Shown: piece by piece, positions 1 through 8,626 of the stretch | Numbering within the stretch: position 1 is the first letter of the stretch | Layout: every line of letters begins with the position of its first letter | Program-made: the position numbers and the translations under genes | Assembly (NCBI GenBank): GCA_018609665.1 | Contig: JAHENN010000119.1 | Location: 1-32,959, forward strand | Reading direction: 5' to 3' | Length of the DNA stretch: 32,959 bases | From: Haloarculaceae archaeon | Lineage (GTDB): Archaea > Halobacteriota > Halobacteria > Halobacteriales > Haloarculaceae | Notes under the pieces: model-generated | The model's database searches: none | What the model was told of the DNA's origin: nothing | Seen by the model: the letters and a program-made list of their open reading frames with translations, nothing else

Positions 1-591
1 GAGCCGGCGTACGCCGCCGCCGCCACCGCGACCGGCTTCGGCTTCCCCAGCGGCCACGCCCTCGGCACCGCGACGGTCTACGGCGGGCTGGCGCTGCTCG
101 TCGGCCGACGTCGTGGCTACGGCGCCGCCGGGGCCGTCGTCGCCGTCGTCGCCGCCTCCCGGGTCGTCCTCGGCGTGCACTACCTCGTCGACGTCGTCGC
201 CGGCGTCGCCGCCGGTGCCGTCCTGCTCGCCGGCCTCTACCGGCTCTGCGGCCGCGGGTCGAACCCGGGGCGGGCGCTGATGTTGGTGACGCTCGTCGCG
301 CTCGCCGGTCCCGTCGTCGGCGAGTACGACTTCGAGACGATGGCCTCGCTGGGCGGCGCCCTCGGCGCCCGGATCACGTGGGGAATCGTCGGCGGCGCCG
401 TCGTCCACGAGTCGACGACGAGGCGGGGCGGCGCGGTCGCGGCCGCCGTCGGCGCCGCTGCTGGCGTTCCGTTCGCCGTCGTCTACGCCGTCGAGCCGGC
501 GCCGTACGTCGCGTTCCTCGTCGTCGGGGTCGTCCTCGGCGGCGTCCTGTCGGCGCCGCTGGCCGGCGAGGCCGTCGCGAGGCGGCTGTAG
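1..591 (+). CDS. PAP2-family (phosphatidic acid phosphatase type 2) membrane phosphatase, 5'-truncated by window
   Basis: Frame 1 is open from base 1: ...GFGFPSGHALG... and ...SRVVLGVHYLVD... match PAP2 motifs 2 (PSGH) and 3 (SRxxxxxHxxxD). The protein is hydrophobic throughout. Confidence 0.85.
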   Translation, partial: EPAYAAAATATGFGFPSGHALGTATVYGGLALLVGRRRGYGAAGAVVAVVAASRVVLGVHYLVDVVAGVAAGAVLLAGLYRLCGRGSNPGRALMLVTLVALAGPVVGEYDFETMASLGGALGARITWGIVGGAVVHESTTRRGGAVAAAVGAAAGVPFAVVYAVEPAPYVAFLVVGVVLGGVLSAPLAGEAVARRL

Positions 592-753
592 ACCGCCCGC
601 GGCGCGGAGACGGGCCGACGGGACGGCGACGGGGAGACGCCGCCACGAACGACGGAGTTCGGAAGTGGTGATCGCCGGCGAGCGCTCCCGACGGGAGACG
701 CACACGTCGGCGTAGCGTCGACCGACTGCCGCGTGCCGGAGACGCGTGACCGG

Positions 754-763
754 AAAAATAAAA
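754..763 (-). terminator. Putative oligo-T terminator of glnA
   Basis: AAAAATAAAA on + reads TTTTATTTTT on -, just after the glnA stop codon; archaeal intrinsic terminators are T-rich. Confidence 0.5.
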
Positions 764-769
764 CGCGGG

Positions 770-2140
770 CTAGAACTTCTCGAGGTAGCGGTCCAGTTCC
801 CACTGGGAGACGTCGACCAGGTAGTCGGTGTACTCCTCGCGTTTGGCCTCGACGAACTTCTCGGCGACGTGCTCGCCCAGACCGCTCCGGACGACCTCGT
901 CGTCCTCGAGGGCGTCGACGGCCTCGCCGAGGTTCTCCGGCAGCGTCTCGATGCCGTACTCCTCGCGCTTGGCCTCGTCGAACTCGTAGATGTTCTCCCG
1001 GATCGGGTCCGGCGCCTCGAGGCCGCGCTCGATGCCGTCGATACCGGCGTTGATGAGCGCCGCGAAGGCGAGATACGGGTTACACGAGGGGTCGGGGAAC
1101 CGGGCCTCGATGCGGCTGGCGGCGGGAACGCGGGCGGCCGGCTTGCGGATGAGCGCCGACCGGTTGCGGTCGGACCACGCGACGTAGACCGGCGCCTCGT
1201 AGCCCGGTACCAGGCGCTTGTAGCTGTTGACCGTCGGGTCGGTGACGGCGCAGATGGCCGGCGCGTGCTCGAGGATGCCGGCGAGGAACGAGTGGGCCGT
1301 CTCGCTCAGGTCGAACTCGTCGTTGTCGTCGTGGAAGGCGTTCTCGCCGTCCTCGAACAGCGACATGTGGGTGTGCATCCCCGAGCCGTTGATGCGCGGC
1401 ACCGGCTTCGGCATGAACGTCGCGTGGAGGTCGTGCTGGGCGGCGACGGCCCGGACCGTCGTCCGGAAGGTGGCGACGTTGTCGGCCGTCGACAGCGCGT
1501 CGTCGTACTCGAAGTTGATCTCGTACTGGCCCTCGGCGACCTCGTGGTGGCTGGCCTCGATCTCGAAGCCCATGTCCTCCAGCGCGAAGATGATCTCCCG
1601 GCGGACGTCGCTGGCGAGGTCCTTCGGGGCGACGTCGAAGTAGCCGCCCTGGTCGGCGAACTCCGTCGTCGCGTAGCCGTCGTCGTCCTGCTTGAACAGG
1701 AAGAACTCCGGCTCGGGGGCCATGTTCACCTCGAAGCCGTGGGCCTCGGCCCGGTCGAGGGCGTTCTTCAGCACGCGCCGGGGGTCGCCCTCGAACGGCT
1801 CGCCGGTCGAGGTGTCGATGACGTCGCAGATGAGCCGGGCGGCGCCGCTCTTCCCGTCGGTCTGCCACGGCAGCACCGCGAACGTCTCCGGGTCCGGCTT
1901 CAGCCGCATGTCCGACTCCTGGATGCGGACGAAGCCGTTGATCGACGAGCCGTCGAAGTAGATACCGTCGGTGAAGGCCTTCTCCGCCTGCCGGGCCGGA
2001 ATGGAGACGTTCTTCACCGTCCCGAGGATGTCGGTGAACTGCAGTCGGAGGAAGTCGATGTCCCGCTCGTCTATCTGTTCGAGTACGTTCTGTTCCTCTA
2101 CGGAGAGGCCGCCGTCGGCGGCCGTGTTTTCGTTCGTCAT
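770..2140 (-). CDS. glnA: Glutamine synthetase type I
   Basis: Motifs [56 protein letters not shown] and RIEARFPD. Start placed at MTNENT (2140); the ORF track extends to 2170. Confidence 0.97.
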   Translation of the reverse strand: MTNENTAADGGLSVEEQNVLEQIDERDIDFLRLQFTDILGTVKNVSIPARQAEKAFTDGIYFDGSSINGFVRIQESDMRLKPDPETFAVLPWQTDGKSGAARLICDVIDTSTGEPFEGDPRRVLKNALDRAEAHGFEVNMAPEPEFFLFKQDDDGYATTEFADQGGYFDVAPKDLASDVRREIIFALEDMGFEIEASHHEVAEGQYEINFEYDDALSTADNVATFRTTVRAVAAQHDLHATFMPKPVPRINGSGMHTHMSLFEDGENAFHDDNDEFDLSETAHSFLAGILEHAPAICAVTDPTVNSYKRLVPGYEAPVYVAWSDRNRSALIRKPAARVPAASRIEARFPDPSCNPYLAFAALINAGIDGIERGLEAPDPIRENIYEFDEAKREEYGIETLPENLGEAVDALEDDEVVRSGLGEHVAEKFVEAKREEYTDYLVDVSQWELDRYLEKF

Positions 2141-2267
2141 CTTTCTCGACGCCGGACACGAGGAAGCCATCTACTAAATCGTTATTGGTTTGCGCAAATC
2201 TGCTCCGGCGTCGCATAGAACTGTATGTTCGTAAAGTTCTAATCCCCGGGGGCCGTATCCGACTGTA
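2141..2267. promoter_or_regulatory. Divergent glnA/lrp promoter region with several dyad elements
   Basis: AT-richer intergenic region. Palindrome TTTGCGCAAA (2189-2198); inverted repeats CGACGCCGGA/TCCGGCGTCG (2147-2156/2204-2213) and TAGAACT/AGTTCTA (2216-2222/2235-2241). Confidence 0.6.
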
Positions 2268-2720
2268 ATGACGTACGAAAATCTCGACCGCAAGCTGGTG
2301 AACGCCCTGCTGGAGGACGGCCGCGCGTCGCTCCGGTCGCTCGGCGAGGACCTCGACGTCTCGGTGACGACCGTCTCGAACCACATCTCCGACCTCGAGG
2401 AGCAGGGCATCATCGAGGGGTACGTCCCCGAGGTGAACTACGGCAAGCTCGGCTACGACGTCACCGCGGTCATCCAGCTGAAGGTGGAGGGCAGTGCCCT
2501 CCCGGAGATCACCGACCGGCTCAAGGACCACACCCACATGGTGTCGGTCTACGAGGTTACCGGCGATCACGACATCTTCGCCGTCGGCAAGTTCACCGAC
2601 ACCGACCACATGAACGAACAGATCAAGGAGCTGCTCACCGACCCCGAGATCAAGGAGTCCAACACCTCAGTGGTGCTGAACACCGTCACCGAACACGAGC
2701 AGTTCGACCTGGAGTTCTGA
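2268..2720 (+). CDS. lrp: Lrp/AsnC family transcriptional regulator
   Basis: N-terminal HTH ([44 protein letters not shown]) and C-terminal RAM domain (VYEVTGDHD). Divergent to glnA, as in other haloarchaea. Confidence 0.93.
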   Translation: MTYENLDRKLVNALLEDGRASLRSLGEDLDVSVTTVSNHISDLEEQGIIEGYVPEVNYGKLGYDVTAVIQLKVEGSALPEITDRLKDHTHMVSVYEVTGDHDIFAVGKFTDTDHMNEQIKELLTDPEIKESNTSVVLNTVTEHEQFDLEF

Positions 2721-2733
2721 CCCCCGGTGGCCG

Positions 2734-2739
2734 TTTTTT
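2734..2739 (+). terminator. Putative oligo-T terminator of lrp
   Basis: TTTTTT run 13 nt after the lrp stop codon. Confidence 0.45.
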
Positions 2740-2804
2740 GCTCCGTCTCCGACGGCCGTAGAAACATTTATTATGATAGATTCCTTGCCATCATTTGACA
2801 TACC

Positions 2805-2918
2805 ATGACGAACCAGCTCACCGAGGAACTCGTCCACTGGGAACTGGCGGCGCCGCCGGACGGAGCCGAGTCGACCGAGGACGAGGACGAGGACACCGTC
2901 GAAGCGCCCGCCGAGTGA
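2805..2918 (+). CDS. Small acidic hypothetical protein (37 aa), not in ORF track
   Basis: Reads MTNQLTEELVHWELAAPPDGAESTEDEDEDTVEAPAE*. Codons have high GC3 and the composition is acidic. A TATA-like TTTATTAT lies at 2767-2774 with GAAA upstream. Confidence 0.6.
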   Translation: MTNQLTEELVHWELAAPPDGAESTEDEDEDTVEAPAE

Positions 2919-2990
2919 CGTATCGATTCTTCAAGCCGGGCGCACGGAGCGCCCCGCCGACGCGCCACACAGCGGCGGCACTGTCGCCGG

Positions 2991-3503
2991 CTACTGCGTT
3001 TCGAGTATCGTCGTCTCGGCGCCGACGACGTGGTTCGTGTCGCCGGTGCCGGAAACCGTCTCTCGGTCGCCGCCGTCGACGCTGACCTCGACCGGGCCGA
3101 ACCCGTAGCTCCCGGGGGCCGTCGGCCCGGTCGGCGCCTCGGCGACGTTGGTCTCCCGGAGGTCTTCGACGTACGGCGTCGCCCGGACGATGACGGGCGC
3201 GTCGTCGACCTCGTCGGGGTCCAGCCGGACGACCCCGATCTGGACGTTCTCGCCGTCCTGCTCGGAGCCGAGGTCAACCACGTACTCCTCGGCGTTCTCG
3301 ACGTCGTACGGGCCCTCCTCGCTCACCTCCGCGTAGTTCCGCTCGGAGTCCGAGCAGGTGTACGGCACGTAGTCCTGGTAGAACCCGCCGACGCCGTCCG
3401 TCGGGTCGCCGGCCGCCGCCGTCGACAGGGCCGGCGCGAGTCCGCCGGTCCCGAGTGCTCGCAGCACGCTCCGTCTCGTCGGAGAGCTTTCGCCGTCCGG
3501 AAT
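2991..3503 (-). pseudogene. Probable relic of a Tat-exported CocE/NonD (peptidase S15)-like hydrolase
   Basis: The frame continues upstream of the GTG at 3467 as (I)PDGESSPTRRSVLRALG, a twin-arginine signal, with ATT where ATG is expected. DGENVQIGVVR...PVIVRATPY resembles the CocE/NonD N-terminus, but no catalytic core follows. Confidence 0.5.
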
Positions 3504-3564
3504 ACGAGGATTATCCCCACGCCTGGCGAGTATAAGGTCCGTGAAGCGGCCCCCGCACCGCCGG

Positions 3565-4206
3565 CTACGACAGGCAGTAGTCGACGAAGTTCCGGAGAAT
3601 CCGGAGGCCGGTCTCGCCGGACTTCTCCGGGTGGAACTGCGTGCCGAAGACGTTGCCCGCCTCGTTGGCGACGACGGACGGAAAGCAGACCCCGTAGTCG
3701 GTCGTCGCGACGACGGCCGACTCGTCGTCCGGGCTGGCGTAGTAGGAGTGGACGAAGTACGCGTGCTCGCCGTCGACGCCCTCGACGAGGGGGTGGTCGC
3801 GCTCGACGTCGAGCTCGTTCCAGCCCATGTGCGGCACCGTCAGGCCGGCCGAAAAGCGGACGTTGCGGCCGGGGGCGAGGTCCAGTCCCTCGACGTCGCC
3901 CTCGCCGATGTGGTCGGCCTCCTCGCTGGAGGTGAGCAGCATCTGCATGCCGAGACAGATGCCGAACAGCGGCGTCCCCTCGGCGGCGGCGTCCGCGAGT
4001 GCGTCCCGGAACGGCCCGGCGTTCTCCATGCCCTCGCTGAAGGCGCCGACCCCCGGCAGGACGACCCCGTCGGCGGCGTCGACGTCGGCGGGGTCGTCGG
4101 TGATCGTGACGTCGGCGCCGGCCCGCTCCAGCCCGCGGGTCGCGCTCCGGAGGTTCCCGAGCCCGTAGTCGACGAGGACGACCTCTGCGGTCCGCTGGGT
4201 GCTCAT
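3565..4206 (-). CDS. hisH: Imidazole glycerol phosphate synthase glutamine amidotransferase subunit
   Basis: Motifs VDYGLGNLRS, LPGVGAF, GICLGMQ, VPHMGWN, YFVHSY and QFHPEKSG; start at MSTQR. Confidence 0.96.
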   Translation of the reverse strand: MSTQRTAEVVLVDYGLGNLRSATRGLERAGADVTITDDPADVDAADGVVLPGVGAFSEGMENAGPFRDALADAAAEGTPLFGICLGMQMLLTSSEEADHIGEGDVEGLDLAPGRNVRFSAGLTVPHMGWNELDVERDHPLVEGVDGEHAYFVHSYYASPDDESAVVATTDYGVCFPSVVANEAGNVFGTQFHPEKSGETGLRILRNFVDYCLS

Positions 4207-4244
4207 ACCGGCAGTGCGCGGCGGCGACTCAAGACGGTTTTCCC

Positions 4245-5288
4245 TCACCGCGCCAGCGACTCCAGGAACCGCCGCGGGAAGCCGACGACCAGCTCCCACA
4301 GCCCCATCGTCTCCGTCTCGGCGCGGAGCCGCGAACGGATTCGCTGGCTGAACAGCTCGACGGAGATGATGAGCAGGAAGATACAGACGAGCGTCGCCAT
4401 CGCGTTGGTGAACGCGAACAGCCCGATCTGCGTCTCGACGACCTGTCCGAGCCCGCCGGCGCCGAGCACGCCCAGCGACACCGCGATGCGGACGTTGATC
4501 TCGAAGATGTACAGCGTCCAGGCGATGTAGGGGGTCGTCACCTGGCTCAGCATGCCGAACGTCACCGTCTGCGGGCGGCTGGCGCCGGTCGTCTCCATCG
4601 CCTCGATGGGCCCCTCCTCGATTTCCTCCAGCTCGTCGGTGAACAGCCGGCCGAGGTTGCCGATGGTGTCGGTCGCCACCGCCAGCACCGCCGACACCGG
4701 CGTGATGCCCGCAAGCGGGATGTAGATGAGAATCCACACCAGCGCAGGGATAGCCCGGATGGCCGACATGGTGCCGCGGAAGAGGAAGTTCAGCGGGAAC
4801 GGCAGCACCCGCTCGGAGCCGAGCACGCCGAACAGCAGCGCCAGCGGAAAGCCCAGCACCGTGCCGGCGAAGCCGACCGCTAGGGTGTTGCCCGCGACGC
4901 CGAACAGCGCGAACAGCCCCTCCGAGCGGAGTATCGACCACACCTCCCCGAACAGCCGGAGCGGGTCGGTCCACAGCAGCGAGACGTCGCTGGCGAACAG
5001 CAGGTTCCGCTCGCCGATGAACGCCACGTAGGCGCCGACGTCGAGCAGCGGCACCACCCCGACGTACGTGACCGGGAAGAAGTTGCCGAGCGACTCGAGG
5101 AAGAACTCCAGGGTGTAGTTCTCCGTGAGGACGTCGACCGTCCCCAGCGCCTGGCCGAAAAGGACCCCGACGAGCGCAACCAGCCCCAGCCCGCCGAGGA
5201 CCCGCCGGGCGCGGGCCAGCCGGATGCTGTCGAGCTCTTCGGCGAGCCGCTCCGGCGGCTCGTCGTCGCCCGCCGGCTCGCCGCTCAT
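4245..5288 (-). CDS. phnE: Phosphonate/phosphite-type ABC transporter permease (PhnE/PtxC family)
   Basis: Multiple TM segments; RAIPALVW, EAA loop (GPIEAMETTGAS), FEINVR...LGVLGAGGLG. Overlaps the phnC stop (ATGA). Confidence 0.88.
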   Translation of the reverse strand: MSGEPAGDDEPPERLAEELDSIRLARARRVLGGLGLVALVGVLFGQALGTVDVLTENYTLEFFLESLGNFFPVTYVGVVPLLDVGAYVAFIGERNLLFASDVSLLWTDPLRLFGEVWSILRSEGLFALFGVAGNTLAVGFAGTVLGFPLALLFGVLGSERVLPFPLNFLFRGTMSAIRAIPALVWILIYIPLAGITPVSAVLAVATDTIGNLGRLFTDELEEIEEGPIEAMETTGASRPQTVTFGMLSQVTTPYIAWTLYIFEINVRIAVSLGVLGAGGLGQVVETQIGLFAFTNAMATLVCIFLLIISVELFSQRIRSRLRAETETMGLWELVVGFPRRFLESLAR

Positions 5289-6085
5289 GCGACCGGCCCG
5301 TCTCCGGCGGTCGGCCGGTCGGGCTCTTCGCCCTGCTCGATGTCCGTCTCTGCGAGCATCCCCTCGGTGTCGATGTCGCCGTAGATCTCGTCGATGACGT
5401 CCATCGTCAGCCCCTCGCGGTAGCCGTCGAACACCTTCTCGCCGTCCCGGAGGCCGATGAACCGCTGGCCGAACTTCCGGGCGAGGTTCACCTGATGGAG
5501 GCTGGTCACCGTCGTCAGCCCGCGGTCCTCGGCGGCCGTCCGGAGGTAGCCCATCACCTGCTGGGCGCTGCCGGGGTCGAGGCTGGCGACCGGCTCGTCG
5601 GCCAGCAGCACCTCCGGCCGCTGGACCAGCGCGCGGGCGATACCGACCCGCTGCTGTTGGCCGCCGCTCATCCGGCGGGCCTTCTGGCGGGCCTCGTCGA
5701 GCAGTCCGACCGTGTCGAGCGCCTCCAGCGCCAGCAGCTTGTCCGACTCGTCCTGCAGCCGCAACAGACTCGACAGGAACCGGTGGCGGTTCAGCGACCC
5801 CGTCAGCGCGTTCGCGTAGGCGCTCAGCCCGCCGATGATGTTGTGCTGCTGGAAGATCATGGCGACGTCGTCCCGCGGGCCGGTCACCTCCTCGCCGGCG
5901 ACGGTGACGGCGCCGTCGGTCGGCTCCGTCAGCCCGTTGAGACAGCGCAACAGCGTCGACTTGCCGGAGCCGGAGACGCCGAGCACGACGACGAACTCCC
6001 CTTCCGGAATCTCGAAGGAGACCTCCTCGAGCGCAACGACGTCGCCGAACTCCTTCGTCAGCGCGTCGACGGTGATGTCGGTCAT
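5285..6085 (-). CDS. phnC: Phosphonate-type ABC transporter ATP-binding protein
   Basis: Walker A GVSGSGKST, signature MSGGQQQRVGIARAL, PhnC-typical LADEPVASLDP and SLHQVNLA. Confidence 0.9.
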   Translation of the reverse strand: MTDITVDALTKEFGDVVALEEVSFEIPEGEFVVVLGVSGSGKSTLLRCLNGLTEPTDGAVTVAGEEVTGPRDDVAMIFQQHNIIGGLSAYANALTGSLNRHRFLSSLLRLQDESDKLLALEALDTVGLLDEARQKARRMSGGQQQRVGIARALVQRPEVLLADEPVASLDPGSAQQVMGYLRTAAEDRGLTTVTSLHQVNLARKFGQRFIGLRDGEKVFDGYREGLTMDVIDEIYGDIDTEGMLAETDIEQGEEPDRPTAGDGPVA

Positions 6086-6148
6086 GGCTCTGTCCCGACG
6101 ACGGGTCTCTGCCGTGGTGAACGCTTCGACGGGGTCATCCGGCGGGCG

Positions 6149-7135
6149 TTACTCGAGGTCCTCGAACTCGAGGCCGAGCTCGTCGAGCACCTGCTGGATG
6201 GGCGCGAAGTCCTCCTCGCTGCCCTCCTCGACGCCGGTGAACCACAGCTCCTCGCCCTCGTATCCCTCCTCGTGGGCGAGGTCCTCCTCGGTCGCGCCGA
6301 GGATGGCCGCCTCGACGTCCTCGCGGACGGGGTCGTCCCAGTTGGACCGCGACATCAGCGGCGCCCGCGGCAGCGGGTCCGACACCGCAAGCAGCTTCAG
6401 CTCCGCCTCGTCGGTCGCCGACCCGGCGCCGTCGTACTCCGCGGAGATGTCGACGAAGTCCTGGGACATCTCGTCGAACTGCTCCTGGGGGACGTGCGGC
6501 GCCGTCGAGAAGGCGCCGGTCGTCGCCGCCGCGACCGAGGGGTTCTCGATCAGCTGCTGGCGGGCCGTCGAGTGGTCGGAGTACTGGGCGTTGAAGTCGA
6601 CGGCGTCGCCGTCCGGCGCCGTCCCGACGTCCAGCCCCGCGTCCTGGAGGATGGTCAGCGGGACGAGCGTGCCGCTGACCGACAGCGTCGCGCCCATCGC
6701 GACGTCCTCGCCTTCCAGCTCCGCCAGTGAGTCGACGCCGTTCTCGTCGGGCGTCGTCGTGATCAGCGAGAAGTACTGGGCGGCGCCGAACGCCACCCGG
6801 ATGCCGATGACGTCGGCGGCGTCGGAGGCGGCGACGGCCGCCGACGGGGAGGTGTCGGCCACCTCGCCGCCGTCGCGGCGCAGCTCCTGCAGCGTCGCGG
6901 CGTAGCTCGCGGTCTCGACGGCCTCGACGGTGACGTCGGCCTCCGATTCGATGTGGTCGAACATCGGCTGGTACTGGGCGGTGATGTCGACGTCGGCCTC
7001 GGCCGGGTTGAGGATGAACCGCACCTCGTCGGCTCCCCCACCGCCGGTGCCGGTGCAGCCGGCGAGTCCGAACGCGGCTGCGGCGCCGGTCGACTTGATG
7101 ACGGTCCGTCGGTCCACGCGGGTCCCCTTCGACAT
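6149..7135 (-). CDS. phnD: PhnD-family substrate-binding lipoprotein (Tat-exported)
   Basis: Twin-arginine motif DRRTVIK and lipobox LAGC; SVSGTLVP ligand-site-like motif; first gene of the phnDCE cluster. Confidence 0.85.
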   Translation of the reverse strand: MSKGTRVDRRTVIKSTGAAAAFGLAGCTGTGGGGADEVRFILNPAEADVDITAQYQPMFDHIESEADVTVEAVETASYAATLQELRRDGGEVADTSPSAAVAASDAADVIGIRVAFGAAQYFSLITTTPDENGVDSLAELEGEDVAMGATLSVSGTLVPLTILQDAGLDVGTAPDGDAVDFNAQYSDHSTARQQLIENPSVAAATTGAFSTAPHVPQEQFDEMSQDFVDISAEYDGAGSATDEAELKLLAVSDPLPRAPLMSRSNWDDPVREDVEAAILGATEEDLAHEEGYEGEELWFTGVEEGSEEDFAPIQQVLDELGLEFEDLE

Positions 7136-7158
7136 GTGAGCCGCTACATAGACGGGGG

Positions 7159-7195
7159 ATTAAACATTACTGATATCGGCCGAAACCGGTCAGTA
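7159..7195 (-). promoter_or_regulatory. phnD TATA box with adjacent inverted repeat
   Basis: TTTAAT on - (7159-7164) lies 24-29 nt upstream of the ATG. TACTGA-N16-TCAGTA spans 7168-7195. Confidence 0.45.
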
Positions 7196-7269
7196 TCTCG
7201 GTGTACGGCAATGTATGACTACGTTTGGCAGGCGACAACGGGGCGCCGTTGCCTCCCGGCCGCCCCGGC

Positions 7270-7869
7270 TCAGAACTCTCCCAGGCGTGACTGCCCGTCG
7301 CCGCCGTCGTCGCCGACGAGGGCGACCGCCTCGTCCAGCGCCGCGCCGAACGGCTCCCGCTGTGAGGGGTCGTACAGCGTCGCCGCCGGATGGACGCAGA
7401 CGAGCACCCGTCGCGGCGCGCCGGCGACCCGGGCGTCGTGGAGCGTCCCGGCCTCCTTCGTGACCGCGACCGACCGCCCCAGCAGGTGTTCGGCCGGCAC
7501 CTTCCCCAGGGCGACGACCACCGCCGGGTCGACGGCGTCGAGTTCGGCCGCCAGGTGGTCGCGGCAGTTCTCCAGTTCGGCCGTCGTCGGGTCGCGGTTG
7601 TCCGGCGGGCGGCAGCGCACGCAGTTGACGATGCGGATGTCCCGGCGGGAGAGCCCGCGGTCCCGGAGGGCGTCGTCGAGCACCTCGCCCGACCGGCCGA
7701 CGAACGGCTCGCCCTGCTCGTCCTCGTTCTCGCCCGGCCCCTCGCCGACGAGACAGAGGTCGGCGTCGACCGGCCCCACGCCGTTGACGATGCGGCTCCG
7801 GTTGTCGCACAGCGCCGGACACCGCGTGCAGTCGTGGACGTCGATGTCGGCGTCGGCGTCGTCGCTCAT
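7270..7869 (-). CDS. udg: Uracil-DNA glycosylase family 4 (Fe-S)
   Basis: Motifs CTRCPALC, VGEGPGENE, PFVGRSG, NCVRCRPPDNRDP and HPAA. Confidence 0.93.
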   Translation of the reverse strand: MSDDADADIDVHDCTRCPALCDNRSRIVNGVGPVDADLCLVGEGPGENEDEQGEPFVGRSGEVLDDALRDRGLSRRDIRIVNCVRCRPPDNRDPTTAELENCRDHLAAELDAVDPAVVVALGKVPAEHLLGRSVAVTKEAGTLHDARVAGAPRRVLVCVHPAATLYDPSQREPFGAALDEAVALVGDDGGDGQSRLGEF

Positions 7870-7893
7870 ACGGGCCCGTGGAGCCGCGCCGGG

Positions 7894-8451
7894 TTAATCC
7901 CGCCGGAAGGCGTCGACCCGGCGGGCGGCCCGCTTCGCCACCCGGAGCGGCTCCGGCCGCCGGTCGTGGGTGAACGCCGCGACCGCGCGGTCGGCCGTCG
8001 CGTCGTCGGTGCCGACGCTGCGGACGTACAGTCCGTCGTCGAGCCGCCGCCGGTCCGGCAGCCCCTCGTAGACCTCGAGCCGGCGGTCCCGTTCCGGCGG
8101 GTCGAAGGCCGCCTCGATGGCGTCGGTCAGCCCCCCGCTGTCCTCGTAGCTGACGGCGACGACCGGCCGGTCGACCGCCGACGCGACCCGCCCGAGGTCG
8201 ACGACGTTGTACCACGCCGGCGCGACGCCGGCCAGGAAGAGAACGGCGACGTCCTCGCGGTCGAGCCGGCGCCAGCAGTCGATGACGGCGTCGGTCGCGT
8301 CGGTGCCGCCGACGGTGCACGTGCCGAAAACGAAGTCGTCGACCGTCCGGTCGACGCGGACGAGCGCACCCCCGAGCGTGCTGGTGGCGTCCTCGTCGTC
8401 GGTCCCGCGGTAGGACTCGGCGATTCCGAGGGCACGCCGCCCGGGCTTCAC
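7894..8451 (-). CDS. DUF99/UPF0215 family protein (endonuclease V homolog)
   Basis: GTG start after a GGGAGTGAG SD-like sequence; RALGIAES, VGGTDATD, LAGVAPAWYNVVD and PEPLRVA are typical of this family. Confidence 0.85.
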   Translation of the reverse strand: MKPGRRALGIAESYRGTDDEDATSTLGGALVRVDRTVDDFVFGTCTVGGTDATDAVIDCWRRLDREDVAVLFLAGVAPAWYNVVDLGRVASAVDRPVVAVSYEDSGGLTDAIEAAFDPPERDRRLEVYEGLPDRRRLDDGLYVRSVGTDDATADRAVAAFTHDRRPEPLRVAKRAARRVDAFRRD

Positions 8452-8452
8452 C

Positions 8453-8626
8453 TCACTCCCCCTTGATTTCCTCGAACGTCTCGAGCAGGTCCTCGCTGGA
8501 GGCGTCGTCGTACTCGAACTCCACCTCGCCGTCGTGGGCCGCAAGCGTCGAGTGGTCGCCTTCCTCAATGTCCGTGTCGAACTCCTGGTTTTCCTGTTCG
8601 GATTCGTCGTAGCTCCCGAATCCCAT
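8453..8626 (-). CDS. Small acidic haloarchaeal protein (57 aa, MGFGSYDESEQ family; DUF5786 from memory)
   Basis: Reads MGFGSYDESEQENQEFDTDIEEGDHSTLAAHDGEVEFEYDDASSEDLLETFEEIKGE*. TATA-like TTTAAG on - at 8655-8660; the stop is 1 nt before the DUF99 start. Confidence 0.85.
   Translation of the reverse strand: MGFGSYDESEQENQEFDTDIEEGDHSTLAAHDGEVEFEYDDASSEDLLETFEEIKGE

Noticed and set aside
624-640. 17-nt stretch whose reverse complement matches 28104-28120 at 16/17 positions, both intergenic
   Set aside because: Short and very GC-rich, so a chance match is plausible. No larger shared element is visible.
746-2218. 490-aa + strand ORF opposite glnA, and similar long antisense or alternate-frame ORFs (e.g. 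20947-24252, 16131-18488, 18211-19845, 28993-30486)
   Set aside because: These are shadow ORFs caused by high GC3 codon bias. They overlap clearly identifiable genes and are either Arg/Pro/Gly-rich or mirror translations with no motifs.
4207-4974. Apparent N-terminal extension of hisH; likewise the extensions of serS (to 14866), etfA (to 30495), the MBL hydrolase (from 14554) and the antiporter (from 15798)
   Set aside because: The extensions are out-of-frame read-through of neighbouring genes. Homology begins at the shorter starts given, so these are not fusions.
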